A stretch of 64,000 nt of DNA from Dehalococcoidia bacterium UBA6803 (GTDB lineage Bacteria; Chloroflexota; Dehalococcoidia; GIF9; AB-539-J10), in contig DKFF01000008.1 in assembly GCA_002452795.1 (NCBI GenBank), positions 18,271 to 82,270 of the forward strand, read 5' to 3'. The position numbers and the translations under genes are program-made. This document shows, piece by piece, positions 41,141 to 49,816 of this stretch. The stretch's first letter is position 1; each line of letters opens with the position of its first letter. The notes under the pieces are model-generated. The model searched no databases. It worked only from the letters and a program-made list of their open reading frames with translations, and had not been told where the DNA came from.

Positions 41141-41575
41141 GTGAAAACATATAGTACCAGAGCCAGAGATATACAGAGAGAGTGGCATGTGATTGATGCT
41201 CGTGGGCAGGCGCTGGGCAGGCTTGCTACCCGGGTGGCGGGATTGCTGATGGGGAAGCACAAACCGATTTATGCTCCCCACCTTGACACCGGTGATTGTG
41301 TGGTGGTGATTAATGCTGACAGGGTGTATATGTCTGGAAACAAGGCACAACAGAAGGTTTATTATCGTCATTCTGGATATCCTGGAGGCTTAAAAACAAT
41401 AGCTTTTAAAGATATGGCCGCAGCTCATCCTGACAGAGTCGTAGAACTGGCAATCAAGAGAATGCTGCCCCATAATCGTTTGGGCAGGGCAATGTTTAAG
41501 AAGCTCAGGGTTTATGCAGGTGAGGAACATCCTCATCTGTCTCAGCTGGCGGCGAAAGTGAAAGGTGATAACTAA
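41141..41575 (+). CDS. rplM: 50S ribosomal protein L13
   Basis: 144 aa. Confidence 0.95.
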   Translation: MKTYSTRARDIQREWHVIDARGQALGRLATRVAGLLMGKHKPIYAPHLDTGDCVVVINADRVYMSGNKAQQKVYYRHSGYPGGLKTIAFKDMAAAHPDRVVELAIKRMLPHNRLGRAMFKKLRVYAGEEHPHLSQLAAKVKGDN

Positions 41576-41970
41576 TGAGCACAGAGAGGTATGTTTGGGG
41601 AACAGGAAAGCGCAAAACTGCGATAGCTCAGGTAAAGCTTTTTGCCGGAGGAGGGGGAGTTATTGTTAATGACAAACCTTATGAGGAGGTTTTCCCTCGT
41701 CTGGAGCATCGTTGCAGGATAGAGGAGCCTTTTTTGGTCACCGAAACCGTGGGCAAGTTTCATGGCGTAGTTAAGGTGGTTGGTGGAGGGCTGAGCGGGC
41801 AGAGTGACGCCATTCGACATGGCATCGCCCGGGCACTGGCTAAGGAAAATGAGTTGCTTAAGCCTGTTCTGCGCAAAGAGGGGCTGCTTACCAGGGACCC
41901 CCGAATTAAGGAACGCAAAAAATACGGGCTTAGGCGTGCTCGCAAGGCACCACAGTATACCAAGCGATAA
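41575..41970 (+). CDS. rpsI: 30S ribosomal protein S9
   Basis: 131 aa ending ...RKAPQYTKR. Confidence 0.95.
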   Translation: MSTERYVWGTGKRKTAIAQVKLFAGGGGVIVNDKPYEEVFPRLEHRCRIEEPFLVTETVGKFHGVVKVVGGGLSGQSDAIRHGIARALAKENELLKPVLRKEGLLTRDPRIKERKKYGLRRARKAPQYTKR

Positions 41971-41991
41971 GAACCTATTGTTTTCGGGGGG

Positions 41992-42585
41992 TTGTCTTTG
42001 TCTGGAAGACGGGGAGAGAAAGGTCGCTTTTATCCTGGCAGGGATGATGTGGTTCTGGTGGTGGTGGATATGCAGGACAGCGTGCTGGCGGCTATGGAAG
42101 ATGGCGTAGCCAGACTGGTTAAAGACAACATGGGTGTCCTGATAGATTCCTTTCGTTTCATGAATATCCCACTGCTGATTACTGAACAGTATCCGCAGGG
42201 GTTGGGACGAACCGTCGCGACTCTTCGGGAGAAAATAGCAGAATTTTATTTGCCTGTCGAGAAAACGACCTTTAGTTGTTACAGACAGACGCACTTTCAG
42301 GAAAAATTGCAGAAAGAGGGAAGCCGACATGTGGTGCTGGCGGGGGTGGAAACGCATATCTGTGTTTTGCAGACAGCTCTGGATTTGCTGGATGCAGGGT
42401 ATGAAGTGAGTGTGGTTGGGGACGCCACCTGTTCACGCTATAAGTTTGACTGGCGAGTGGGGCTAAGAGAGATAGAACGGGCAGGCGGAGTAGTAACCAG
42501 CACCGAAGCCATAATTTTTTGCTTGCTCAAGGAAGCGGGAACTGCAGAATTCAAGGCTATTTCCCCTTTGATCCAGGGAAGGTAA
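41992..42585 (+). CDS. isochorismatase-family cysteine hydrolase
   Basis: 197 aa; LVVVDMQ ... VLAGVETHICVLQTALDLLDAGYEV. Confidence 0.7.
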   Translation: MSLSGRRGEKGRFYPGRDDVVLVVVDMQDSVLAAMEDGVARLVKDNMGVLIDSFRFMNIPLLITEQYPQGLGRTVATLREKIAEFYLPVEKTTFSCYRQTHFQEKLQKEGSRHVVLAGVETHICVLQTALDLLDAGYEVSVVGDATCSRYKFDWRVGLREIERAGGVVTSTEAIIFCLLKEAGTAEFKAISPLIQGR

Positions 42586-42639
42586 AAGCCACTTATAATG
42601 AAGGCAAATTAATGATGCCATCGTGGCGCTTGGCGGGCG

Positions 42640-43779
42640 TTAAGTTTTTATCCCGACGGTGATTTCTGTGCCTTTGCCCGGTTGCGATTTTATGGAGAAG
42701 GTGCCGCCGAGCAAGCGGGCTCGCTCCTGCATGCCGATCAGTCCCAGCTTGCCTTTGCTGGCAAATCCACCTGCCACTTCAGGCACCTTGAATCCTCTGC
42801 CGTTGTCGGCAATGGTCAAGTTGACTTTATCGGGAGCAAACTCGACCTTAACCAGTACCTCCGTTGCCATGGCATGTTTCCTGACGTTGCGCAGTGCTTC
42901 CTGGGCGATGCGGAATAAGGCCAGTTCGATCTCCGGTGGCAGGCGATAACTAGAACCGGTTGTCTCAAAACGTGTATTAATCTCTTTTTCTTCATTGTGA
43001 AATTTGTTTGTTAGGTTTACCAAAATTGGCGTTAGTCCCAGTTGGTCCAAGTCACCAGGGCGAAGTTCTTGTGCAAAGAAGCGAGCTTTTTTTGCTGTAT
43101 TGTTGATATTGCTTTGGAGTTGTTCCAATTGGGAAAAGATTTTCTCCGGTGCAAACTCTCTGTTTCCGATTAGCATGTCGATCTTCAAAGATATGGTTGT
43201 CAATTCTTGGAGGAAGGTGTCGTGTAACTCGCGAGCAATATACTTCCTTTCCCCCTCTTGGGCGCGGGTGATTTCTGCGAGGTAGAATTGCATATTCTCC
43301 TGCCTTTGTCGCTGCTCGGTTATATCTCTGGCTGTAGTCATAATGCCTATTATTTGCTCATTTTTCTTTATCAAAGAGGGTGCGGACTCGGTGATCATTT
43401 TTTCGCCGTTCTTTCTGAAGATCTCATATTCGTAGTAGCATTGCTTAATGCACCGATCCCTAAGCCATTTCTGTTGCTCTTTCATGAGGGATTCAAAGCT
43501 TTTCGGGGAGAGAAGGCGTGATACGTGTAGCCCGACCAGTTCTTCGGCCGTATTGTAGCCGAAGAGATCTACTGCTCGTTGGTTGACTGCAAGAATCATT
43601 CCCTCAAGGGTGCGAATGAAAATGACATAATTGGTTTGAGTGAAAATGCTTGAGTAGAGAGCCTTCGTAGTCGTGAGGAGCTTGCTCTTTCTTTGTAGTT
43701 CTTTCTGGAGGTGAAATATTTCTACAAGAGCCCTCTTTTTGCTGATTCTCCTGTTGGGTTTGAAAAAGTTAGTCCTCAT
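42640..43779 (-). CDS. cytoplasmic PAS-domain sensor histidine kinase (HisKA_3 / NarX-type)
   Basis: 379 aa; no TM segments; PAS region, H-box ARELHDTFLQ, HATPase_c with DNGRGF and G-box. Confidence 0.8.
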   Translation of the reverse strand: MRTNFFKPNRRISKKRALVEIFHLQKELQRKSKLLTTTKALYSSIFTQTNYVIFIRTLEGMILAVNQRAVDLFGYNTAEELVGLHVSRLLSPKSFESLMKEQQKWLRDRCIKQCYYEYEIFRKNGEKMITESAPSLIKKNEQIIGIMTTARDITEQRQRQENMQFYLAEITRAQEGERKYIARELHDTFLQELTTISLKIDMLIGNREFAPEKIFSQLEQLQSNINNTAKKARFFAQELRPGDLDQLGLTPILVNLTNKFHNEEKEINTRFETTGSSYRLPPEIELALFRIAQEALRNVRKHAMATEVLVKVEFAPDKVNLTIADNGRGFKVPEVAGGFASKGKLGLIGMQERARLLGGTFSIKSQPGKGTEITVGIKT

Positions 43780-44449
43780 GTTCGGTTACTTTAAAAATAT
43801 CGTCGAGTGCCAGCCAATTTTCTTTTAAGGCGTAAAGCACAGCCTCGGTGCGAGATCCGACTTTTAATTTTTTGAAAGTGTTTACCATGTGAGTTTGAAC
43901 AGTGCGTTCACTGATCACAAACTCCTCGGCGATTTCCCTGTTGGTTAACCCGCCACCTGCCAGTTTAAGTATTTCTAACTCGCGTGGAGACAATATCACG
44001 GATTTTTGTCCGGTTTTGGTAGCATTAACCACTAACTGATGTACGATTTGGCTGGCGGATTGAAAAGAAAACACCGCTTCTCCTGCATACACCATGCGGA
44101 TGGCATCGGTTAGCTTATTTATAGGAGAATTCTTTAACAAATATCCTGCTACTCCCGCCTCTAAAGAAGCTGAAATATATGACGCGTAGTTATAAGCGGT
44201 GAGTATGATGATAGCTGTCCTCGGACAAAATATTTTAATCTGCCGGGCGGCTTCGATGCCGCCAACGACAGGCATAGAAACATCGAGGATGACCACATCT
44301 GGCAACAGCTCCGTTGTTAAGCTGATTGCTTCTTCGGCAGTGGTTGTCTTTGCTACTATAAGTAAGTCCGCCTCTTTTTCTAGAAGAAGAGACAGTCCTT
44401 CTAAGACCAAAGTGTGGTCATCCGCTAAGAGAACTTTAATTTTCTCCAT
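43769..44449 (-). CDS. NarL/LuxR-family response regulator
   Basis: Start MEKIKVLLADDH (ATG 44447-44449, AAGGGG RBS); receiver domain plus LuxR HTH; overlaps the kinase gene by 11 nt. Confidence 0.8.
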   Translation of the reverse strand: MEKIKVLLADDHTLVLEGLSLLLEKEADLLIVAKTTTAEEAISLTTELLPDVVILDVSMPVVGGIEAARQIKIFCPRTAIIILTAYNYASYISASLEAGVAGYLLKNSPINKLTDAIRMVYAGEAVFSFQSASQIVHQLVVNATKTGQKSVILSPRELEILKLAGGGLTNREIAEEFVISERTVQTHMVNTFKKLKVGSRTEAVLYALKENWLALDDIFKVTEHED

Positions 44450-45015
44450 AATCAAGCCCCTTTTTGCTGAAGAATATGAACAAACTTTGCGGGAGGTTAA
44501 GTCTATTTCCATTGTAACATATGTTGTTTGAAGGTTTGCCTTCGAGTCGTTTGTGACGTCCAATTGTTAATTTATGCTTTGTATAGGGCAAGGTAGTGCC
44601 AGAAGGGGAGGGTGTTAATGCTACTGCTTGTTCAGGTTATGCGTGGACACAAGAGTTGATAGAGGCAGTGACCGAATGTGAGGTAGGGGAGGCCTTGGGC
44701 GAAGCATATGCTTCTCATGGCATGATATCGGTTGGTATATTATCATGGGGGATGCCAATCTGGCTGTGTTTAATTTATCTGTATTTGTTATGAGGTTGTA
44801 TGTATCGTGGTAAGTAGTTTTCTGGAGGTGGAAATACGTAGTTTGTCTGATATGAAGATTGTATTTGAGAGGATATACTTAAGTTGCTAATAAGAGGTGG
44901 TATCTGCGGGCGGTTATTTGGGTTATAAGAGATTTGGGCCCGGAGAGGAAACTGAAGATGTGTTGTGCATTTGAGTCGAGAGAATTTTAACGTAGAGAAG
45001 TTAAAGGAGGTAAAA

Positions 45016-47628
45016 ATGGCAACAGCAGTGGAAAAAATAATGAAAATGAACGAGAAAGAGGAAGGGAAGGAGTATTTACTGGACCCGGAGGAGGCGGGGG
45101 TAAAGCTGGATACCCCAGGTGAACCTACAAGTAAGGCATGGGCAGTTGTTACTCCGGAGATGTGGAAATTCAGGTTCTCAGTCGCAGACAAGATACAAGT
45201 TGATGAGCCGGATTATTTCGCTGATAAGGATGCCTATACAGATATGGGGCCGTTCATGGCAATGAAGGAAGCCTGTGACGAGAATCCGGAGGCTACAGTT
45301 GCGCGTATAGTTGCTGTGGCATTCGCAAAATCTCTTGACCGTCAACGTCTGCCAATTAGGCCATACGAGATGGTCATTGGCTTGTATTCCAGTGATGAGC
45401 ACGGCATGCCGGGAGATCCGCAAAAGCAGAACTGGCAGCAATTGGTGGCGAACTTTAAGAACGCGCCGGAAAGGATGATGTACTGGAAAGGTGACGAAAA
45501 AGTCAGGCTTTCCAAACAGGAGATGGATGAGCTCACAGCAAAGATAGGCAATAAATTTAATGCAGTGTCAAGAGTTGTTGGCAAACTGACGCCTGAAGAG
45601 CAGCACCTGTACTTTTGTCCTGAAGCTCCCGGGAGATACTTTGAAGCGTTTGGCTCTGTACAGCGTGCCAGTGCCGACCATGGCTGGTATATGAGGCTGG
45701 GCTGGAGAAAACTGGTAGAGATGAAGAAGGAGAAGCTGGGGGAGTACGAGAAGGAATTTGAGCGTGTCAAATTAGCTGAGCCACTTGACTATCACAAGAC
45801 TGATGAGATACAGGACAGGATTGATAACGCTAAAGCTAGCATCCTGGTTGGTGAGGCGGTCATCAGGTGGATAAAGAGGTGGGCAGAGGCAGCGAGGAAA
45901 GCTGCCCCTCAGATGCCCGACGAGAAGTCAAAATGGATAGCCGAACAGGCAGCAGCGAATTGTGATTGGGTCGCGGAGAACGCGCCCCGCACCTTCTGGG
46001 AAGCCGTGCAGATGTTCTGGCTTAGCTATTGTGTTTTTCGTGGTTTAGAATCCTGCCACCCTGGTGCATTCAAGCCGGATGATCTTTTATGGGAATGGTA
46101 TGAACGCGACGTGGTAAAAGAGAAAACGCTGGACAGGACTACAGCGGGCGAGATAATAGCTTGTTGGGCAGCTAAGTACCACGAAACGGCCGGATTTGGG
46201 CCTGCGAGGTTTGGTGGCTTGGGCAAGTCAGCTCAGGGAACCAGAGACTATACGGTCTGGACGATTGGTGGGCAGGATGGGCATGGTTGTGACGCCACGA
46301 ATGAGCTTACTCGTTTAATCCTGGATGTCTGGGACGGATACAGACTTCATTTTCCCGACCTTAAATTCAGATGGCACCCTGCGACTAAAAGGGACGATTT
46401 TAGAAGAGTCGTTGAGGTAGCCAGAACAGGATTGGGGCTTCCCTCTCTGCGGAACGATCCAATGGCCATTGAGACTCTTTTGAGCCAGTATCCGGGAGAG
46501 TTGACCCTGGAGCAGGCGAGACAGTGGGGAATCGTAGGCTGCAATACGCCGGGATGTATTGTTGATTCCAAAGGGCCTGTCAGGCGGGAGGTTTCTTATG
46601 CGGACATTGAGAAGGCGCCGGAATTCGCGCTCTTCAATGGCAGAGACCCGGAGCCGGGGTTCGAGTGGGTTAAGTCGATAGAGACCGGAGACCCCACCAA
46701 GTTTAAGGATTTTGAGGAGTTTTACCAGGCCTGGCTCAGGCAGTATGAATGGTTCGTGACCATGGAACTCAGGTACCGAAACAGGTTTCTTGAGGAACTG
46801 GAAAAGACAAACAAAATGCCGTTTGTAAGCCTTCTGTATAAATGCTGCATGGAATCAGGGCTGGATGCGCTTCAAGACCCTGCCATAGCAAGATTTAGTT
46901 TTCAGAGCATAGTCGGCTGGGTGGATTCGATAGATAGCCTCATAGGGGTGAAATACTGGGTTTACGATAAGAAGAAGTACACTATGGAGCAACTCCTGAA
47001 GGCATTGAAAGCTGACTGGGTAGGCTATGAGGACATGAGGCGGGATTTCCGGAACGCGCCCAAGTTCGGGAACGATGATGACTATGCCGATGAAATAATG
47101 GCAAGGGCAACCGACGACGTCTTTATAGTGCACAAGACAAAGACTCTGGACAGGAGAGGTTACCCGGTCTACCCCAATCAGCTTCCCGTAAGCCGTATGT
47201 TTCAGTCTGCTCCCATGGTAGGGGCATTGCCTAACGGGAGAAAGCGCGGTGACCAGCTGTGTGATGGAGGGATTAACCCTCATGCCGATTTTGATAAAGC
47301 CGGGCTCTGGGGAAGGATGAGGTCAGCCCTAAAGGTTGATCAAGGTAAAGCCAGGGCGTACATTTACAATCAGAGGGTTGATTATTCCTCGGTGGCAGGT
47401 GAGGTTGGTCTGGCTAAGTTTGCGGATTATTGCTGGGACAGCCTTGCGCAGGGGCAGACTCAGATGCAGTTCAACTTTGTCTCGACTGAAGTGTTGCGGG
47501 ATGCGCAGAAGAGTCCGGAGAAATATCCCTATCTTACGGTAAGGGTATCCGGCTATAATGCCTTCTTTACCGGGCTGCCTGTCTTTATGCAGAATGCGGT
47601 GGCAAGCCGCGTAGAGCAGAAATTGTAG
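45016..47628 (+). CDS. glycyl radical enzyme, uncharacterized subfamily (870 aa)
   Basis: ATG at 45016 with AAGGAGG RBS; C-terminal glycyl-radical motif RVSGYNAFF; Cys loop VGCNTPGCIV; PFL-fold conserved blocks throughout. Confidence 0.85.
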   Translation: MATAVEKIMKMNEKEEGKEYLLDPEEAGVKLDTPGEPTSKAWAVVTPEMWKFRFSVADKIQVDEPDYFADKDAYTDMGPFMAMKEACDENPEATVARIVAVAFAKSLDRQRLPIRPYEMVIGLYSSDEHGMPGDPQKQNWQQLVANFKNAPERMMYWKGDEKVRLSKQEMDELTAKIGNKFNAVSRVVGKLTPEEQHLYFCPEAPGRYFEAFGSVQRASADHGWYMRLGWRKLVEMKKEKLGEYEKEFERVKLAEPLDYHKTDEIQDRIDNAKASILVGEAVIRWIKRWAEAARKAAPQMPDEKSKWIAEQAAANCDWVAENAPRTFWEAVQMFWLSYCVFRGLESCHPGAFKPDDLLWEWYERDVVKEKTLDRTTAGEIIACWAAKYHETAGFGPARFGGLGKSAQGTRDYTVWTIGGQDGHGCDATNELTRLILDVWDGYRLHFPDLKFRWHPATKRDDFRRVVEVARTGLGLPSLRNDPMAIETLLSQYPGELTLEQARQWGIVGCNTPGCIVDSKGPVRREVSYADIEKAPEFALFNGRDPEPGFEWVKSIETGDPTKFKDFEEFYQAWLRQYEWFVTMELRYRNRFLEELEKTNKMPFVSLLYKCCMESGLDALQDPAIARFSFQSIVGWVDSIDSLIGVKYWVYDKKKYTMEQLLKALKADWVGYEDMRRDFRNAPKFGNDDDYADEIMARATDDVFIVHKTKTLDRRGYPVYPNQLPVSRMFQSAPMVGALPNGRKRGDQLCDGGINPHADFDKAGLWGRMRSALKVDQGKARAYIYNQRVDYSSVAGEVGLAKFADYCWDSLAQGQTQMQFNFVSTEVLRDAQKSPEKYPYLTVRVSGYNAFFTGLPVFMQNAVASRVEQKL

Positions 47629-47672
47629 CATCTCGCAGAGATAAGCGAGGGAGACTACCGCAACGAGAGTTG

Positions 47673-47712
47673 GCCGGTGTGGCGATCTCCGGTCGGGGGT
47701 TGCCACACCGGC
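47673..47712 (+). promoter_or_regulatory. intercistronic stem-loop between the GRE and its activase (GGCCGGTGTGGC ... GCCACACCGGC)
   Basis: 11-12-bp near-perfect inverted repeat with 18-nt loop; no U-tract; AAGGAGG RBS for the activase follows. Confidence 0.3.
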
Positions 47713-47755
47713 TCTGTGTAGCGGTGAGTATTTATGTAAAGGAGGTTGTCTGCTT

Positions 47756-48682
47756 ATGTCGATTGAGGCAATAATTAAGACTGTAGATGAGCATGCGGTT
47801 CATGATGGCCCGGGGGCGAGGGCGCTTGCTTTCATAAAGGGTTGCAACTTGCATTGTAAATGGTGTCAGAATCCGGAGCTCATAAAGTTTGAGCCCCAGA
47901 TATGGTTCCATAAAGCGTTTTGCAAAGGATGTGGTGTATGCGAAGCGGCATGTCCTGTTAAGGCTATTGATTTAAATGCAGACGCCATGCACAGAATTGA
48001 TAGAGAGAAGTGCCTGGGAATTGAATGCAGCAAGTGTGTTCGGGTATGTTCGTATAATGCATTGCAGACGGTTGGTGTTAAGATCACTGCCGAGGAACTC
48101 TGGAGGTGGCTGGCGAAGTATAAAAGTTTTTATCAGGGTTCAGGGGGAGGGATAACGCTCAGTGGCGGAGATCCTTTACATTCGCCGGATTTCTCGGCTG
48201 AGGTACTTGAGCTTTGTAAAAGGGACAATATACATACGGCTATTGAAACGAGTTTATATGCCAGTTACGACAATTTGTGGAAGGTGGCGAGGCACTGCGA
48301 CCTTATTCTGTGTGATATTAAGCACATGGACAGCAAAAAGCATAAAGAGGGGACGGGTGTATCCAACGAACTGATTCTTGAGAATCTTCAGCGGCTTAAT
48401 GCGGATTTTCCTGGCGAAATCGTGGTGCGGGTGCCACTGATTCCCGGATACAATGACGACGAAGAGAACATTCGCCAAACAGCGGAGTTTCTTTCTCCAC
48501 TGGAACGGGTAAAAGGGATAGACCTGTTGCCCTTCAATAATTTCCCCGTGACGAAATTCGAGGCGCTTGGTATAGACTGGGAGTATACGAACGTTCTCAG
48601 TCAAACGGACGAGCAGTTGAACAAGCTTCATGAAATAGTGAAACCTTATAAAGCTCATTGCACGGTAGGGGGGATGTGGTAG
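47756..48682 (+). CDS. glycyl radical enzyme activating enzyme (radical SAM, with two auxiliary ferredoxin-like [4Fe-4S] motifs)
   Basis: 308 aa; CNLHCKWC radical SAM motif; CKGCGVCEAACP and CLGIECSKCVRVC insert typical of non-PflA-type activases. Confidence 0.85.
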   Translation: MSIEAIIKTVDEHAVHDGPGARALAFIKGCNLHCKWCQNPELIKFEPQIWFHKAFCKGCGVCEAACPVKAIDLNADAMHRIDREKCLGIECSKCVRVCSYNALQTVGVKITAEELWRWLAKYKSFYQGSGGGITLSGGDPLHSPDFSAEVLELCKRDNIHTAIETSLYASYDNLWKVARHCDLILCDIKHMDSKKHKEGTGVSNELILENLQRLNADFPGEIVVRVPLIPGYNDDEENIRQTAEFLSPLERVKGIDLLPFNNFPVTKFEALGIDWEYTNVLSQTDEQLNKLHEIVKPYKAHCTVGGMW

Positions 48683-48742
48683 GCATTACGATTGTCTGAC
48701 AAATCGGATAACTGCTTTTCAGAGGTTCTCTTCCGTGCAGGA

Positions 48743-49816
48743 CTAAAGCTCACTCAGCCGTTTTTTCAGGTGGCCGATTGTTTTTACTGGAGTGGGGTCG
48801 ATTTCGTTCAACATTGCCAGGTAGTAACTTGTCCAGTCTCCGAAGAAGACCGTGCTCATCATCTGGCACAGTAGGCTTTTGCCTTTGCTGTCCACGATCC
48901 GGCGATCGACGCCACTTTTTCCCAAAAGCTCGTCGGTTATGTGGTAGCGTGCCAGGATGCGCTGGTGCAGGTCAGAAGAACGCAACATCACCACGAAGAG
49001 TTTTTTTGCCATTTCCCGGGGGAATTCATATCCGACTACGGCATTATGATTGAGCTCGGGGAAGGCTTCGTAAAAAGCCCAGGCTTTGCCGTTTTCGTTG
49101 AGTTGTCCTTTCCAGCGTCGGGCTACGGGAGAAAGAAAGCCTGCTCCATAAAGCACCGCTATTTTGCCGTAGAGACTGAGCGCTAACTTTTTGGCTGGAT
49201 TTTCCCGGAGGGGTACATTTTCCTGTAGCCTGCCGCGTAATTCCTCCAGCATTTGCACGGTTTCGCTGACATTTTCTTCCTCGTTGCCAGTAATTCCCAA
49301 TTTGCTGGCGAAGGCGAGGAGTGGGAAAAACCCCCAGCCCAGGGCGGCTCTGGGGGGAGAAATATAATTTATAGAGAAAACGGGAACGCCTGCCTCCTCT
49401 GCTGCCTCTCGCAAAGACCCACCCGTGGTGATAGCCAGTTTTTTGCAGTCTGTTTCCAGTGATTGAGAGAAGGCGGATAAAGTTTCCTCGGTCATGCCTG
49501 AATAACTTGCGGCGATGACCAGTGTTCGCTCATTGACAAAAGTGGGTAGACCATAATCCCTGTGAACGTAAATGGGAGCTCTGCTCGAAGCAGAAACCAG
49601 GCTGCCTAACAAATCACCGCTGATGGCAGACCCTCCCATCCCACAGATGACGATTTTATCGATGTCCGCATAATCAGCAGGTAGCTTGAAGTCACTGGCT
49701 TTTTGCCATGCCTCCAGGCACTGCCCGGGTAGCCCGTGCAGATGAGATGCCATGCCCTCTGTATCGTATTGCTTATATATGTCCTGATTATCCAGGTCTA
49801 CCATGTCCTTAAACAC
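48743..49816 (-). CDS. bifunctional phosphoglucose/phosphomannose isomerase (SIS-domain, archaeal type)
   Basis: 357 aa; SIS motif ICGMGGSAISGDL. Confidence 0.7.
   Translation of the reverse strand: MFKDMVDLDNQDIYKQYDTEGMASHLHGLPGQCLEAWQKASDFKLPADYADIDKIVICGMGGSAISGDLLGSLVSASSRAPIYVHRDYGLPTFVNERTLVIAASYSGMTEETLSAFSQSLETDCKKLAITTGGSLREAAEEAGVPVFSINYISPPRAALGWGFFPLLAFASKLGITGNEEENVSETVQMLEELRGRLQENVPLRENPAKKLALSLYGKIAVLYGAGFLSPVARRWKGQLNENGKAWAFYEAFPELNHNAVVGYEFPREMAKKLFVVMLRSSDLHQRILARYHITDELLGKSGVDRRIVDSKGKSLLCQMMSTVFFGDWTSYYLAMLNEIDPTPVKTIGHLKKRLSEL

Noticed and set aside
44596-44793. 65-aa ORF upstream of the GRE that could be a BssB/BssC-like small subunit
   Set aside because: It has only three Cys rather than a four-Cys cluster motif. 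It also has a low-complexity hydrophobic tail and no ribosome-binding site. It is kept only as a note inside the leader-region finding.
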